DNA of 64,000 nucleotides from Bacteroidales bacterium (GTDB lineage Bacteria; Bacteroidota; Bacteroidia; Bacteroidales; JAAYJT01): NCBI GenBank assembly GCA_034370405.1, contig JAXMKY010000161.1, positions 28,955 to 92,954 of the forward strand, read 5' to 3'. Shown piece by piece: positions 1 to 9,737 of this stretch (position 1 is its first letter; each line of letters starts with the position of its first letter). The notes under the pieces were generated by a model. It saw only the letters and a program-made list of their open reading frames with translations, ran no database searches and was not told where the DNA came from. The position numbers and the translations under genes were made by a program.

Positions 1-1961
1 TTGATGTTTTTGATATTGAGGTAGACCTGAAAGACACCGAAAAGCTCATTGAAACCATCATTGCCATTGCACCAACTTTTGGCGGCATCAACCTTGAAGA
101 TATCAAGGCTCCTGAGTGTTTTGAAATTGAGCAAAGGGTCCAGGATGCCCTTGATATTCCTATCATGCACGACGACCAGCATGGCACGGCAATGATCACA
201 TCAGCAGGTTTGCTAAATGCATTGATAATCAATGGTAAAAAAATTGACAAGATTCGTATTGTCGTGAACGGGGCCGGGGCGTCGGCCATTTCGTGCTCCA
301 GGCTGTATATCGCACTTGGTGTGAAGCCTGAAAATATAGTGATGCTTGACAGCAAGGGCGTACTTCGTAGAGATCGAACTGATTTGAATCCAGTCAAAAG
401 ACAGTTTGTTACCGACCGCGACCTGCACACCCTGGAAGATGCCATGAAAGGTGCAGATATGTTTCTCGGCTTGTCGGTGGCCGGGGCGCTCAATAAAGAA
501 TTCCTTCTGACGATGGCCGATAACCCCATCGTTTTTGCGCTGGCCAACCCGGTTCCTGAAATTATGCCCGAAGAAGCCCTCGCCACCCGGAATGATTTAA
601 TATTGGCAACTGGCCGCTCCGACTACCCCAACCAGATAAATAATGTGTTGGGATTTCCTTTTATTTTCCGCGGAGCCCTGGATGTGAAGGCTACAAAGAT
701 TAACGACCACATGAAGCTGGCAGCCGCCTATGCGTTGGCCGAGCTGGCAAAGCTTCCTGTTCCTGATGAGGTGAATGTGGCATATAAAGCTGCTAATCTG
801 AAATTTAGCAGAGAATATATCATTCCTAAACCTATGGACCCCAGGCTGATTGAGTATGTGGCTGTGGCTGTGGCTAAAGCAGCCATAGAAAGCGGAGTGG
901 CCAGGCAACCCATCACCGACTGGGAAGCATACAAGGATGAATTACGCAAGCGAATGGGTTTTGCCAACCCCTTGCAGCACTACATAAGAACTCAAGCGCG
1001 TACTGAGCCAAAACGGGTAGTTTTTGCAGAAGCAGAAAACTATAAAATTCTGAAAGCTGCCGAAATTGTGAAAGGAGAAGGCATTGCCATTCCCATCCTG
1101 CTTGGTAACAAGAAAATTATAAACCAACTCATCAGGGAGTACGGCCTTGAATTGGTTGGGGTTGAAATTATTGACCCTAAAAGCGATGAAGAAACCGAGA
1201 AGAGGCAAGAGTTTGCAACTCAACTGTTCGAAAAAAGAAAAAGGAGGGGTATTAATATGCACACAGCCCTCGATCTTATGACACACCGTAATTATTTCGC
1301 TCCCATGTTTGTTGAAAACGGCTTTGCCGATGCCATGATCTCAGGGCTTTTGCAGGGTTATCCCGACAGCATCAGGCCAGCCCTGCAGGTAATCGGAAAG
1401 CAAAAAAATGCCAAGGTTATATCAGCCATGCATATTGTCCTCACGAAAAAAGGACCTTTTTTCCTAGCCGATACAACCGTTAACCTGAACCCGGATGAAG
1501 ATACCCTTATTCAGATTACTTTACAGACTGCCGAAAAAGTAAAGCAACTGAATATTACCCCCCGGATTGCCATGCTTTCATACTCTAATTTCGGCTCTGT
1601 CGAAAGACGTGTCCCGATACTAGTGCGAAATACCGTGGCACGTTTGCACAAGGAATATCCCGACCTAATTGTTGACGGCGACATCCAGGTCAACTTTGCC
1701 CTGAATAATGTGATGCTCAAAGAAAACTTCCCATTTACCAAACTGGCTGACGGGCCAGCGAACATCCTGATATTCCCCTATTTGACCGCGGGCAATATTG
1801 CTTACAAACTTATGCAGGAAATGGGTGGTTTTGATGTTATTGGGCCTGTTTTGATGGGGTTAAACAAGAGCGTACATATTCTGCAAATGGGCAGCACGGT
1901 TACCGAGATTGTTGATATGGTTGCCATTGCAGCGATTGACGCACAAAATAATGCCATGTAG
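1..1961 (+). CDS. maeB: NADP-dependent malic enzyme, 5'-truncated by the window edge (malic enzyme domain plus PTA-like C-terminal domain)
   Basis: The frame is open from nt 3 (DVFDIEVDLKDTEKLIETIIAIAPTFGGINLEDIKAPECF...), upstream of the tracked ATG at 165. It has the malic-enzyme NAD-binding GAGASA motif and a long phosphate-acetyltransferase-like C-terminal half. Confidence 0.9.
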   Translation, partial: DVFDIEVDLKDTEKLIETIIAIAPTFGGINLEDIKAPECFEIEQRVQDALDIPIMHDDQHGTAMITSAGLLNALIINGKKIDKIRIVVNGAGASAISCSRLYIALGVKPENIVMLDSKGVLRRDRTDLNPVKRQFVTDRDLHTLEDAMKGADMFLGLSVAGALNKEFLLTMADNPIVFALANPVPEIMPEEALATRNDLILATGRSDYPNQINNVLGFPFIFRGALDVKATKINDHMKLAAAYALAELAKLPVPDEVNVAYKAANLKFSREYIIPKPMDPRLIEYVAVAVAKAAIESGVARQPITDWEAYKDELRKRMGFANPLQHYIRTQARTEPKRVVFAEAENYKILKAAEIVKGEGIAIPILLGNKKIINQLIREYGLELVGVEIIDPKSDEETEKRQEFATQLFEKRKRRGINMHTALDLMTHRNYFAPMFVENGFADAMISGLLQGYPDSIRPALQVIGKQKNAKVISAMHIVLTKKGPFFLADTTVNLNPDEDTLIQITLQTAEKVKQLNITPRIAMLSYSNFGSVERRVPILVRNTVARLHKEYPDLIVDGDIQVNFALNNVMLKENFPFTKLADGPANILIFPYLTAGNIAYKLMQEMGGFDVIGPVLMGLNKSVHILQMGSTVTEIVDMVAIAAIDAQNNAM

Positions 1962-2102
1962 TCCGTATTTATAGACCGCTAAGAACGGAGCTTATCCAAA
2001 CGACAGATCTCTTGGGTATTTCATTATTTCATCTGCATCTATTTAGATATATTTTTATTACTTTCGTGGCTGATTTGTGATTAAAAATCAAAACCCGCAA
2101 CA

Positions 2103-3047
2103 ATGAAGAAAATAACCGTAATCGGCGCTGGTAATGTGGGCGCCACCTGTGCTAATGTAATTGCTCATAAAGACCTTTGCCGAGAGGTTGTGATGCTCGA
2201 CATCAAGGAAGGTATGGCCGAAGGCAAGGCCCTCGACATTTGGCAAACATCATCTATCAATCACTTCAGCACCCGTGTTACGGGTGCAACCAATGATTAC
2301 CTGAAAACGAAAGGATCGGGCATTGTAGTAATTACTTCGGGTCTTCCCCGCAAACCAGGCATGAGTCGCGATGATCTGATCAAAACCAATGCCGGCATAG
2401 TTGCCGAGGCTGTTGAACGCGTTATCCGGTATTCGCCCGAAGCGATTATTATTATTGTTACCAACCCGCTCGACGTGATGACATATGCGGCTTACAAAGC
2501 TGCACGTAAGGATAGCCGCAAGGTATTTGGTATGGCTGGCATTCTCGACACAGGCCGTTATAAAGCTTTTATTGCCAATGCGCTTAATGTTTCGCCTAAA
2601 GACATCCAGACGATGCTACTTGGAGGCCATGGCGATACCATGGTGCCTTTGCCCCGCTATACCAGTATATCGGGTATCCCGGTCACTGAGCTGCTTAACA
2701 AGGAAGAAATAGATAAAATTGTTGACCGTACACGCAAAGGCGGTGGCGAATTGGTGAACCTTATGGGTACCTCCGCGTGGTATGCACCGGGAGCGGCCGC
2801 TGCCCAGATGGTTGAAGCCATTGTGGATGATCAGCGCCGGGTTTTTCCAGTATGTGCGCTTCTTAAAAGCGAATATGGGCAAAAAGACATATACATGGGC
2901 GTACCTGTGATTCTTGGCGCTAATGGCATAGAAGAAATTATTGAACTGAAACTTAACAAGGACGAAATGAAGATGCTCACCGAATCGGCTAATTCTGTGA
3001 AAGCCTCGATGAAAGAGCTTGACGCGATGAATCTTTTTAGTGAATAA
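2103..3047 (+). CDS. mdh: malate dehydrogenase (LDH-like family)
   Basis: 314 aa. N-terminal MKKITVIGAGNVGAT Rossmann motif, and the LDH/MDH family signature is visible along the whole length. Confidence 0.93.
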   Translation: MKKITVIGAGNVGATCANVIAHKDLCREVVMLDIKEGMAEGKALDIWQTSSINHFSTRVTGATNDYLKTKGSGIVVITSGLPRKPGMSRDDLIKTNAGIVAEAVERVIRYSPEAIIIIVTNPLDVMTYAAYKAARKDSRKVFGMAGILDTGRYKAFIANALNVSPKDIQTMLLGGHGDTMVPLPRYTSISGIPVTELLNKEEIDKIVDRTRKGGGELVNLMGTSAWYAPGAAAAQMVEAIVDDQRRVFPVCALLKSEYGQKDIYMGVPVILGANGIEEIIELKLNKDEMKMLTESANSVKASMKELDAMNLFSE

Positions 3048-3285
3048 TTCTTTGGTATAGCAATTTCTATTTTAAATTCTGCATAGGCGATCACTCAATG
3101 GGCCGCCTTTGTTTTAACCCGACTTGAGCAAACCAGCCTGCCCTGCACTGGCCACGGTGGCTGGCTGGTTTATCCCCGCCAAGGCGTTCGGCGGTACCAC
3201 CCAACACCACTGCTGCCGAAAATTTAACGCCGTCGGGTATGTTTGCGTGCATAGCCATTGAACCGGAAAGCGAAGATATGCCGAA

Positions 3286-6200
3286 TCAGAACAATTCGCA
3301 AATTTTTCCTCTCGGCATTACAGCAAATAAGCAAAACCTGCTATCGCGTTTTGCAAAGTTGCTGTAAACAAAACCTGAATAAAACCCGTGCTCGAATTTC
3401 CCGCCTTGGGCCGCCCTCAGCCCACCGTTAAATGTGCCATGCACACCAGCCCTGGCTAATTCTTTAAAGAAAAGCTGACCTTTTTGGGGAATCCATTTTT
3501 TAAAGGCAACTCCTATCTGGGCCGAACCATAGGCGCTAATGGCTGCAATTGAAGCACTTGCAAAACCGTATTTAATTGCTTCCGAAAATCTGGCTCCCTT
3601 CATCATGGCCATAGAGGTTTCCCAAAACAGATTTATTAATGCGATACCTAAAACAATAGGGCCAATTGGTGTAGGTGTCGTAATGGCCACAAGAGTAAAA
3701 AACAAGGACATTGATATTCTTCCGCCATTTATAAAAAGCGCATCTTTGTCAATCGAATACCCGCTCGGGTCGGTAAACGACAATGGGTTGTTAAGGCAGT
3801 AAGAATAGGGATTGAGCCCTTGTGTAAAATCAGGGAACTGCAACACCGGGTCGGGGCTGAGGAAACGGCCCAGCACGGGATCGTACATGCGGCCATTCAT
3901 GTTAATAAGGTTGAAGGCGTATAAGTGTTCATGCCCCGTGAAACCCCTGTCGAATAATGGGGCAGGCGGGGTGCCGGCAAAAGGTTGCCAGGTGGCGGGG
4001 TTGCGGCGGCTGCCCCAGGCATCATAACTGAGTTCCTGCAACAGGTTTCCGCTTTCATCGGTTATAGTGTTCCACGAGCCGAGATGGTCTTTGTGGATGT
4101 AGCAGATGTTTTCGGTGCCGTTGGGGGTTTTGATATGCAAGGCAAAAACGCCTTCAGGGCCGCTAAGGTAGGTGAGAATCAAGAGTGTACCGTTGTCGTT
4201 TATATATTCGCACGCTCCGGCCCAGGTTTTTTCGCGTTGCGATTGGTCGTGGCGGTAACGTTGTGCAATACGCTGATGATGCACGCCATAGACGATTCCC
4301 AGCGTTTTATCGCCCTCATTGACGGTTGTAACTTTATCGAAAGAGTTATATAAGATTTCCTGGCGCTGAACAGGGAATATCCCGAGGCTTGTGTTTGCCG
4401 ATGTAAGGGCATGGGGCCCAGCAGGGCCTTGTCCATATACTGCATTGTTATACAGCAGCGCGCCATTTGCTGTTTTGGCGCTCAGGTTGCCAAGTCCTTG
4501 GGCATCGTAGGTATGGCTGCCTGTAATTATGCCGTTGAGGCGTATGGTGTTGAGGCGGTTAAGCTGATCGAAGGTGAAACTTTCGGCCAAAAAGCTATTA
4601 TTTGCCCTAACGATCCATTTTTTTCTTTGCGTAAGGTTGCCGATGTTGTCCCAGGCATATTCAAGGTCTTGCACCGGCGGCTGTCCGGGTTTTTTTGTGT
4701 GAACCGTTTCAAGCCGGGCGGTTTTAGGATGGAAACTACGGATGGTAGCCAGCGTGTTGCCGGTGCTGAAACCGGTAATCTGGCCAATGGCGTTCACTTC
4801 ATTGTTTTGCCACAGGGTTTGATTGTTAGCAGCCGAGCGGATACTTTGCAGTAAACCCGAATTGTTGTATTGATGCCTGATGCCAACACCCGACGGGTGG
4901 GTTACGATTTCCGGCCTGCTAAGCTCATCGTAAGAATAGGTGGTGGTGTAATTCGTTGTGAGGATAGTTTCGGTTTCGCTGAGCAAGCGGTAAAGGTTAT
5001 CGTAAAGATAAGCAATTTGATGGTTGTTAGCGCTAATGCCTGCCAACAAGCCTAACCTGCCGGGAGCGGCATCGTATTGCCATTGCGTACTGCCTTCGGG
5101 TTCTGTTTGCCCGGTTAAGCGGCCAAGCACATCGTAAGCATAAATAAACTCCTGGTTTTTAGGGCTGATGCGCTTAGTGAGTTCATCAAAGGGATTGTAA
5201 AAGAATTGTGTGCTACCATAATTTGGATCGTTCAACACGCTGCGTTGGCGGCGGCTGTTGTACTGCAATGATATGGTAGTTTCGCCCTGGCCCACAATAA
5301 ATGTAGTTTTGAGTTTGCCGTCGCTAAAGTAGTCATATTTTACAATACTGCCGGCGGGGTCTTTGCTTTCCTCAAGCCAGCCGGCGGCATTGTATTTTTG
5401 TTCGGTGGTTTGATAAAGGGGATTGGTGGTCTTGATTGTGGCGCCCAGGTATTGAGTGGTTGATGTGGTGTTATCAGGATAAGTAGTTGCTGTTACCCTT
5501 CCCAGTGCATCGTATTCAAATCCGGTGTAAGACACCTCGTTGCCAGGATGATAAGGAAGCGAGGCATTGGCAAGCAGCCCACGGTAGTTATAGGTTTTAT
5601 CCTGATAAATTTTTGTGCCGTCAAAGCCACGTGTAACGCTGCGTAGTTCATGCCCGGTTTTGTTAAAAAATGTAATTACTTCGGGTTGGCCTGATGTTTG
5701 GCTCCATGAGTAGTAGAGTGCATTGGCAGGCGCATCTGCATGACCGGTTGCCCAGCGCAAAACATTTAGTTGCCTGATGCCGTCGGGATAGATCGTGCCT
5801 AAACTAATACCCAGGGAATGGTGACTATAAGTAGTTGTTAACCCATTGGGATCGGTGGATGATAGTTGCCAGCCATAGGTCGGGTTGTAAGTGCTGGTGG
5901 ATTCGTGTCCGGCAGGATTGATAAACGAAGTTGGGAAACGATACTGATAAGCCGCATTATAGTTGATGTTTGAAATACGAGGTGACAATGCCGGTTGATA
6001 GTTAGGTGCCGAAAATTTACTGTTGGTTATATTACCCGCTTTGTCATAGTTAATTTCATTATTTGTTACGAAGACGTCATTTTGATTGGCATTAGGCAAA
6101 TGACTTTGTTTAAATAAAAGCGGAAAATTTATATGCCCTTGGGCATAGTATTGATAAGTTGTTTTACTCTTTATCTCTGGAGCTGTATCATCCTTATCAA

Positions 6201-9200
6201 AAGTAGATTTTTCAACGCTTTCAATTTGCGAAACCAGCCACTCATTAATGTTTGCGGAATGGTAATTGTAAACATTCTTGAAACGATATTTATAATTGGC
6301 CGCATACCATGATAGTTGGTTGTGGTCAACGTATGTTGCAGATTGTGTAAAGTTATTATAATTATAATAGATGATCGGCGGATATTGAATAACCGTGTTA
6401 TCGTAGATAAATTCATTTAACTCTGTTTTAAGAAAAACACCAGGCTTTTCCCAAATCCATTTTCTTGATCTTAGAAGCTGGGGTATAACTATTTTGGGAT
6501 TTACCCAAGAAACCGCTTTTTGGTAATCAAAAAAGGTATGTGTTAGTTTATTGCCTTCAAATGGGAGGTCGCCTAAATAGGTTATCTGATCAACAGGGTA
6601 TAGATAATATTGACCAATCATAACATCATTATTCTTGGCCAGTATAATAAATTCTTTATTGTTATAGATTGATAACCAACTGAATCCCAACCAACCTTTG
6701 CCTTCTCTATGAATTTTAGCGCCCCTATATCGAAAATTCGTAATACTGGGATGATTTGAAACATCATCAACACTAAGTTGTGTGACAATTCTGACAGTTA
6801 ATGCCGCATTGATTACCGGCCCTATTGGTGTGATATTGGGAGGGTGTGTGTAATTTGATGTTCTGGTCATATAATCGTAGGTAATACCGATTGTTTTTGA
6901 TAATCCATCTGTTATCAAAGATACCATGTATTGTTTTTCATCGGGATGAAAATTATATGTTACGGCCGGATAGGTATTATTTTGATCAAGTACGTGACAT
7001 GTTCCCAGCACATCAGCACAGCCATTTCCATTAAAATCACCAACAAAAAGATTTTGATTATTGGTATTTAATAAGGAACCGTAATCACCATATGTTCTGA
7101 CAAACGGATTGGATGTGTTATCTGTTTGGATTGGAGCATAGAAAACAGTATGTTGGGTATAGACCGGACCATTCTTTTTTAAGATAAATATATCCGTTTT
7201 CCCGTCTCCGTTAAAATCAGCCAGCCTTATAAGGTATGGACGGGCTTCATGTATACTTGAAAGTGAATTAACATATTGCCCCGGATCAGATTGAGGGAAC
7301 CCCGTTGATTGAGGTATTGCTATATGTGGCCAATGAAATCCGGTTTCTGTCAAAAACGTGATAAGCCAGGAACTTTCTGGTGAATATGTTAATAAATCAG
7401 TTTTCCCGTCTCCATTAAAATCGCCGGTGAAAACCCTGTGATATTTGGTGGGGAATCCCCAGTAGTAATATGATGATAAGATCAAGTTTTGATTATTGTC
7501 TCTTTTAAGTGTATAGATTCTTGATACCAAATTATCAACCACCATAATATCTGTCTTTCCATCACCGTTAAAATCTGCTGTATATGTATCGTCGCCCCAG
7601 GAACTTATTACAGCGTTTTCCTTAATTAATTGAAAAGATTCTGAATCATTATTATAAACATAATAGTTCCAGTTTTTCTGTGTAGAGCCATCGCGTTTGA
7701 CCATAAAACTGCTTTTCCCTTCTCCTATAAAATCCCCTACCAGAATATCTTCTTTTGTGTTCAGGTATGAACCAAACCAAATGTTATTTTTCTGGTCAAA
7801 TCCAAGATCATTTATTCTTGCAATGAATGGTTTTATGTATAAGCTGCCACCCGATCTTTCAATGTAGAGAAAATCACTTTTCCCATCACCATTGAAATCG
7901 CCAACATAGATCCATTGGAGGCCATTACTAAGGTTACCTGTGATAATTGTTGACGTAAAATTTCCGTTCTTATCATTAATATAAAGCCGCCATTGATGAC
8001 TCAAGTTATATCCTGATGATGGCTTTGGAGGCAGTACCAGCAAATCAGTGAAACCATTCCCATTAAAATCACCCGTAAACACTATTCCATTAATTGGTGA
8101 TGAAGTGCCCATGTTTATGACAGTAGAACTTGAAGGTAAATCCCAATTTATTGTTGTTGGATTGAGCCTTTGATTATTATCATCAAAACACCAAATAGTG
8201 TTAAGTCGTGTGTAGAATGTTTGAGAGGAAGGTGGGCGGTAGATAAATTCATATCTGATTATATGGCTATCTGTACCTATTTTCTTAATAATGATTTCAT
8301 TAAGTAATTTGGTCTGGCTGACCTTGAAATTGCCAACAAAAAGGAACTCTTTATCTATACGTTCAGTATAATTGAAAATGATTTCATAAAATGGCTGCAA
8401 TTGTAATCGCTCATTACCAGTATATTTAATCGAATTGATATAGAATTCTCCCGTGCTATTGTTTTCGGTATAGCGAAAGTCAATATAATTCCCTTGTCTG
8501 TCTTCGATCCTGTTAACAAGCCAGGTCAAAACTACTCCGCTTTGACCCTGTGGTTCGATTCGTGAATCTTCAGTATAGCCATAATACCAGATACTGCCAT
8601 CTTTTTGCCAAACTTTTAATTTTTCTGCACCGTTATACCAGGATGATTTATATGAAACTATCCTGGCTAAAATATCCATTTCAGTACGATACTGTGCATC
8701 GTTCATGCCGTAGGTGCCACTATATAGCATCAACCTCTGTCCATCCATTACGAAGCGGTCACTTTCATCAAAGTTAATTCCATCAACAAAATTGTCGTGA
8801 TATATCGTTGATCTGGTTCTTGTAATTGCAGATAATCCACTTATATTCCACCCCCAACCAAGCGATCCGTTTCCCAACATACTATTATACGTTATTGCAA
8901 GGTTAGGCATCATGCCTTTAATTCCAGGGGGTAATTGTAAGGGGATAGAATAAGTTGCAGCTCCAATTTCCGATACATTGACTACGCCCGGCAATGCTCC
9001 CACCACCCCGTTATCCCCCGGGTTCGGCCCCCCAGTTACCCCTGCCTGTGGCGGAAAAATAAGATAAGAATTGATGGAAGCGCTGAATTCATCACTCGAA
9101 TTCATTGCCTCATATTCAAAACCGGGAAGCATATCAATATATTCGCTTGCTTCGTAAAGCTGTACTCCGGCCAGGGGCTGGTTCAAGATAAAAGATTGGG

Positions 9201-9267
9201 CCTGGTGCTGGGCGGCAAGCCGCATAAAGCAAACTGTTAAAATCAAGAGTAGATATGGTTTTTTCAT
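3286..9267 (-). CDS. giant secreted SpvB / FG-GAP / RHS-repeat protein (TcB-TcC-like fusion) with RHS core and a 156-aa C-terminal tail
   Basis: Start chosen at MKKPYLLLILTVCFMRLAAQ (signal peptide). It has an SpvB-like N-terminal region and seven DFNGDGKTD-type FG-GAP repeats. Many YD repeats are present (YDALGRV, YDVLGRL, YDNLYRL and others). The RHS core motif is MYDPVLGRFLSPDP...NPLSFTDPSGY. Confidence 0.9.
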   Translation of the reverse strand: MKKPYLLLILTVCFMRLAAQHQAQSFILNQPLAGVQLYEASEYIDMLPGFEYEAMNSSDEFSASINSYLIFPPQAGVTGGPNPGDNGVVGALPGVVNVSEIGAATYSIPLQLPPGIKGMMPNLAITYNSMLGNGSLGWGWNISGLSAITRTRSTIYHDNFVDGINFDESDRFVMDGQRLMLYSGTYGMNDAQYRTEMDILARIVSYKSSWYNGAEKLKVWQKDGSIWYYGYTEDSRIEPQGQSGVVLTWLVNRIEDRQGNYIDFRYTENNSTGEFYINSIKYTGNERLQLQPFYEIIFNYTERIDKEFLFVGNFKVSQTKLLNEIIIKKIGTDSHIIRYEFIYRPPSSQTFYTRLNTIWCFDDNNQRLNPTTINWDLPSSSTVINMGTSSPINGIVFTGDFNGNGFTDLLVLPPKPSSGYNLSHQWRLYINDKNGNFTSTIITGNLSNGLQWIYVGDFNGDGKSDFLYIERSGGSLYIKPFIARINDLGFDQKNNIWFGSYLNTKEDILVGDFIGEGKSSFMVKRDGSTQKNWNYYVYNNDSESFQLIKENAVISSWGDDTYTADFNGDGKTDIMVVDNLVSRIYTLKRDNNQNLILSSYYYWGFPTKYHRVFTGDFNGDGKTDLLTYSPESSWLITFLTETGFHWPHIAIPQSTGFPQSDPGQYVNSLSSIHEARPYLIRLADFNGDGKTDIFILKKNGPVYTQHTVFYAPIQTDNTSNPFVRTYGDYGSLLNTNNQNLFVGDFNGNGCADVLGTCHVLDQNNTYPAVTYNFHPDEKQYMVSLITDGLSKTIGITYDYMTRTSNYTHPPNITPIGPVINAALTVRIVTQLSVDDVSNHPSITNFRYRGAKIHREGKGWLGFSWLSIYNNKEFIILAKNNDVMIGQYYLYPVDQITYLGDLPFEGNKLTHTFFDYQKAVSWVNPKIVIPQLLRSRKWIWEKPGVFLKTELNEFIYDNTVIQYPPIIYYNYNNFTQSATYVDHNQLSWYAANYKYRFKNVYNYHSANINEWLVSQIESVEKSTFDKDDTAPEIKSKTTYQYYAQGHINFPLLFKQSHLPNANQNDVFVTNNEINYDKAGNITNSKFSAPNYQPALSPRISNINYNAAYQYRFPTSFINPAGHESTSTYNPTYGWQLSSTDPNGLTTTYSHHSLGISLGTIYPDGIRQLNVLRWATGHADAPANALYYSWSQTSGQPEVITFFNKTGHELRSVTRGFDGTKIYQDKTYNYRGLLANASLPYHPGNEVSYTGFEYDALGRVTATTYPDNTTSTTQYLGATIKTTNPLYQTTEQKYNAAGWLEESKDPAGSIVKYDYFSDGKLKTTFIVGQGETTISLQYNSRRQRSVLNDPNYGSTQFFYNPFDELTKRISPKNQEFIYAYDVLGRLTGQTEPEGSTQWQYDAAPGRLGLLAGISANNHQIAYLYDNLYRLLSETETILTTNYTTTYSYDELSRPEIVTHPSGVGIRHQYNNSGLLQSIRSAANNQTLWQNNEVNAIGQITGFSTGNTLATIRSFHPKTARLETVHTKKPGQPPVQDLEYAWDNIGNLTQRKKWIVRANNSFLAESFTFDQLNRLNTIRLNGIITGSHTYDAQGLGNLSAKTANGALLYNNAVYGQGPAGPHALTSANTSLGIFPVQRQEILYNSFDKVTTVNEGDKTLGIVYGVHHQRIAQRYRHDQSQREKTWAGACEYINDNGTLLILTYLSGPEGVFALHIKTPNGTENICYIHKDHLGSWNTITDESGNLLQELSYDAWGSRRNPATWQPFAGTPPAPLFDRGFTGHEHLYAFNLINMNGRMYDPVLGRFLSPDPVLQFPDFTQGLNPYSYCLNNPLSFTDPSGYSIDKDALFINGGRISMSLFFTLVAITTPTPIGPIVLGIALINLFWETSMAMMKGARFSEAIKYGFASASIAAISAYGSAQIGVAFKKWIPQKGQLFFKELARAGVHGTFNGGLRAAQGGKFEHGFYSGFVYSNFAKRDSRFCLFAVMPRGKICELF

Positions 9268-9303
9268 GGTTTGTTTTATTATGATCAAAGCCAAACTCAG
9301 GGG

Positions 9304-9735
9304 TTAATGCTTGATGATTTTAAAGATAACCTGTTCCTTTCCATTGTTTAAGCGCAGGTAGTAAACGCTTGCTTGCAGTGAAATAAGGCTGATGGTGCTA
9401 AAACCGTTTTCAATCCTGCCGGTTTCTATCAGTTTCCCATGTTGGTCGAGCACTGTGTAGCTTACCGGGTTGTTTCCATGCTTTTCAATTTCCACATTGA
9501 TGATCCCGTAAGTGGGGTTGGGATAAACCCTTGCATGCAACTGTTCCAATTGAGGGCTTACAGGCTTTGCAAAAGGCAGGGTGTCGGCCTGAGATGATTT
9601 TTCGATCTTCAGATACCTGCCCGTGCGGTTGCCGGCAGGGTCGTAGTCAAAATGAACACTTACATGCTGTGCAAGGGCGCTCACGCTGGTTAAGCATCCG
9701 AAAATCAACAAGGTTGTAAATCTTAATGCTTTCAT
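9304..9735 (-). CDS. small secreted protein with one YD repeat plus a T9SS C-terminal sorting domain
   Basis: Signal peptide ending in ALAQ, then DYDPAGNRTGRY. The C-terminus VYPNPTYGIINVEI...YYLRLNNGKEQVIFKIIKH is typical of Por/T9SS CTDs. Confidence 0.75.
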   Translation of the reverse strand: MKALRFTTLLIFGCLTSVSALAQHVSVHFDYDPAGNRTGRYLKIEKSSQADTLPFAKPVSPQLEQLHARVYPNPTYGIINVEIEKHGNNPVSYTVLDQHGKLIETGRIENGFSTISLISLQASVYYLRLNNGKEQVIFKIIKH

Positions 9736-9737
9736 GA

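Noticed and set aside
2056-2063. TACTTTCG upstream of mdh as a -7 promoter box
   Set aside because: It has one mismatch to TAnnTTTG at a conserved T. It is plausible but not strong enough to list as a feature.
3130-3171. Hairpin aaaccagcc...ggctggttt between mdh and the Rhs gene as a bidirectional terminator
   Set aside because: The 9-bp stem encloses a long loop of about 24 nt, and there is no convincing U-tract on either side. It is left unannotated as a terminator.
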